Source: the human T2T-CHM13v2.0 reference genome, Homo sapiens
Assembly (NCBI RefSeq): GCF_009914755.1
Contig: NC_060935.1
Direction: 5' to 3' (one strand)
Length of the DNA stretch: 64,000 nucleotides
In this document: positions 63,061-64,000 of the stretch, one piece after another
How the letters are laid out: each line of letters starts with the position of its first letter
How positions within the stretch are numbered: position 1 is the first letter of the stretch
Notes under the pieces: generated by a model
Database searches by the model: none
What the model was told of the DNA's origin: nothing
What the model saw: the letters and a program-made list of their open reading frames with translations, nothing else
Program-made: the position numbers and the translations under genes

Positions 63061-64000
63061 AGAAGATATGTAGCCATACCTCAAGAGACACATGTAATAT
63101 CAAGGGATTTCTCTCTCTCTCTCTCTCTATCTCTGTATATATAGAATATTTGCACACATATGGAGAATATTTACATTCTATATACCCACATATATGTATT
63201 TAAATTTATGTTTTCTTTTTTAAGATGCAAACTATTAGAGAGTAGTCTATTTGTTTCCTAAACAAATGACCCAGTTGAAAGGATTGGGTTGATGACCGTG
63301 TCAGTTATTGATTTATTACCTCTTGACTCCAAATTTGCCTTTGTATACATTCTCTGCAATCATGGACAGAAGTGCCTTAAGCACCATCCTGTATAGTGAG
63401 CACTTTGCTAAGCTTTCTCAGCAGAGGGCTTGGGAGGGGCATTGCAGAAAGAAGGAACTCTCCTGCTGTTTCTGGTGGCCGTGCAGTAGGCTAGTGTTTT
63501 TGGTATGGGGACATCCAGTAGGGCTCTTCCCCAGCCATGTTCCCAGAATAAGCAATCTTTTGGCAACCTTGCAGCCTCATCCTGGCCTGGCAATAACCTT
63601 TCCTAGCCTTCCACATTGGCTACAGCACCCCAGCACTCCCTGTATGTGAAGGCCTACTGCTTGCATGGGCACTCGATTCCCCATGCAGGCCCCCTGCACA
63701 GCTCATCTTTGTCCTAGGCCCTCACCTACTTGTTCACACCCCTGGTTCATGATTGCCTGAACCCTGCCTGGACTATGGAGGATTCCCTTCTGCTTGTCCA
63801 GCAACTGCAGACCCGCTCTAGCCTGGGAAAACCAACGATCTCTGCTTTCCAGTGAAATGAACTATACATTTCCCAATAAGGCTGAACGGCAGCCTTGGGG
63901 AGGGACCTTCTTTCAAGTTTTTTTTGGACACCGTCCCTCAGCCTTAGGCATACCACATAGAGATTCCTTTTATCTTATAGTCACTCATTTATCAGAGTTT

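Overview
Primate, very probably human, genomic DNA matching the NXPE cluster (chr11q23). The window holds the complete NXPE1 (FAM55A) gene on the minus strand. Five coding exons (47615-47517, 27323-26590, 24316-24255, 19506-19294, 18918-18383) join with compatible phases into 1644 nt, i.e. 547 aa: a type II membrane protein with an Ig-like region and an SGNH/PC-esterase domain whose GDS (S355) and DxxH (D526/H529) motifs are intact. Upstream are candidate 5'UTR exons and a CpG-poor promoter with a compact HOX13/GATA/KLF/CDX motif cluster. Downstream lies an unprocessed, disabled NXPE exon copy (NXPE2P1-like, 9161-9876). The rest is mostly transposon debris: an old near-full-length L1PA (247-6356), a full-length dead L1PA4 antisense to NXPE1 (29716-35856), older L1M/L2, Alus, solo LTRs and a U13 snoRNA retrocopy. 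No prokaryotic-type system (CRISPR, operon, rRNA/tRNA) is present. The most novel testable idea is that the intronic L1PA4 antisense promoter/ORF0 points into the NXPE1 lumenal exons, with a splice donor in phase with the catalytic-domain exons. Gene names, repeat subfamilies and literature facts are from memory and need database confirmation.
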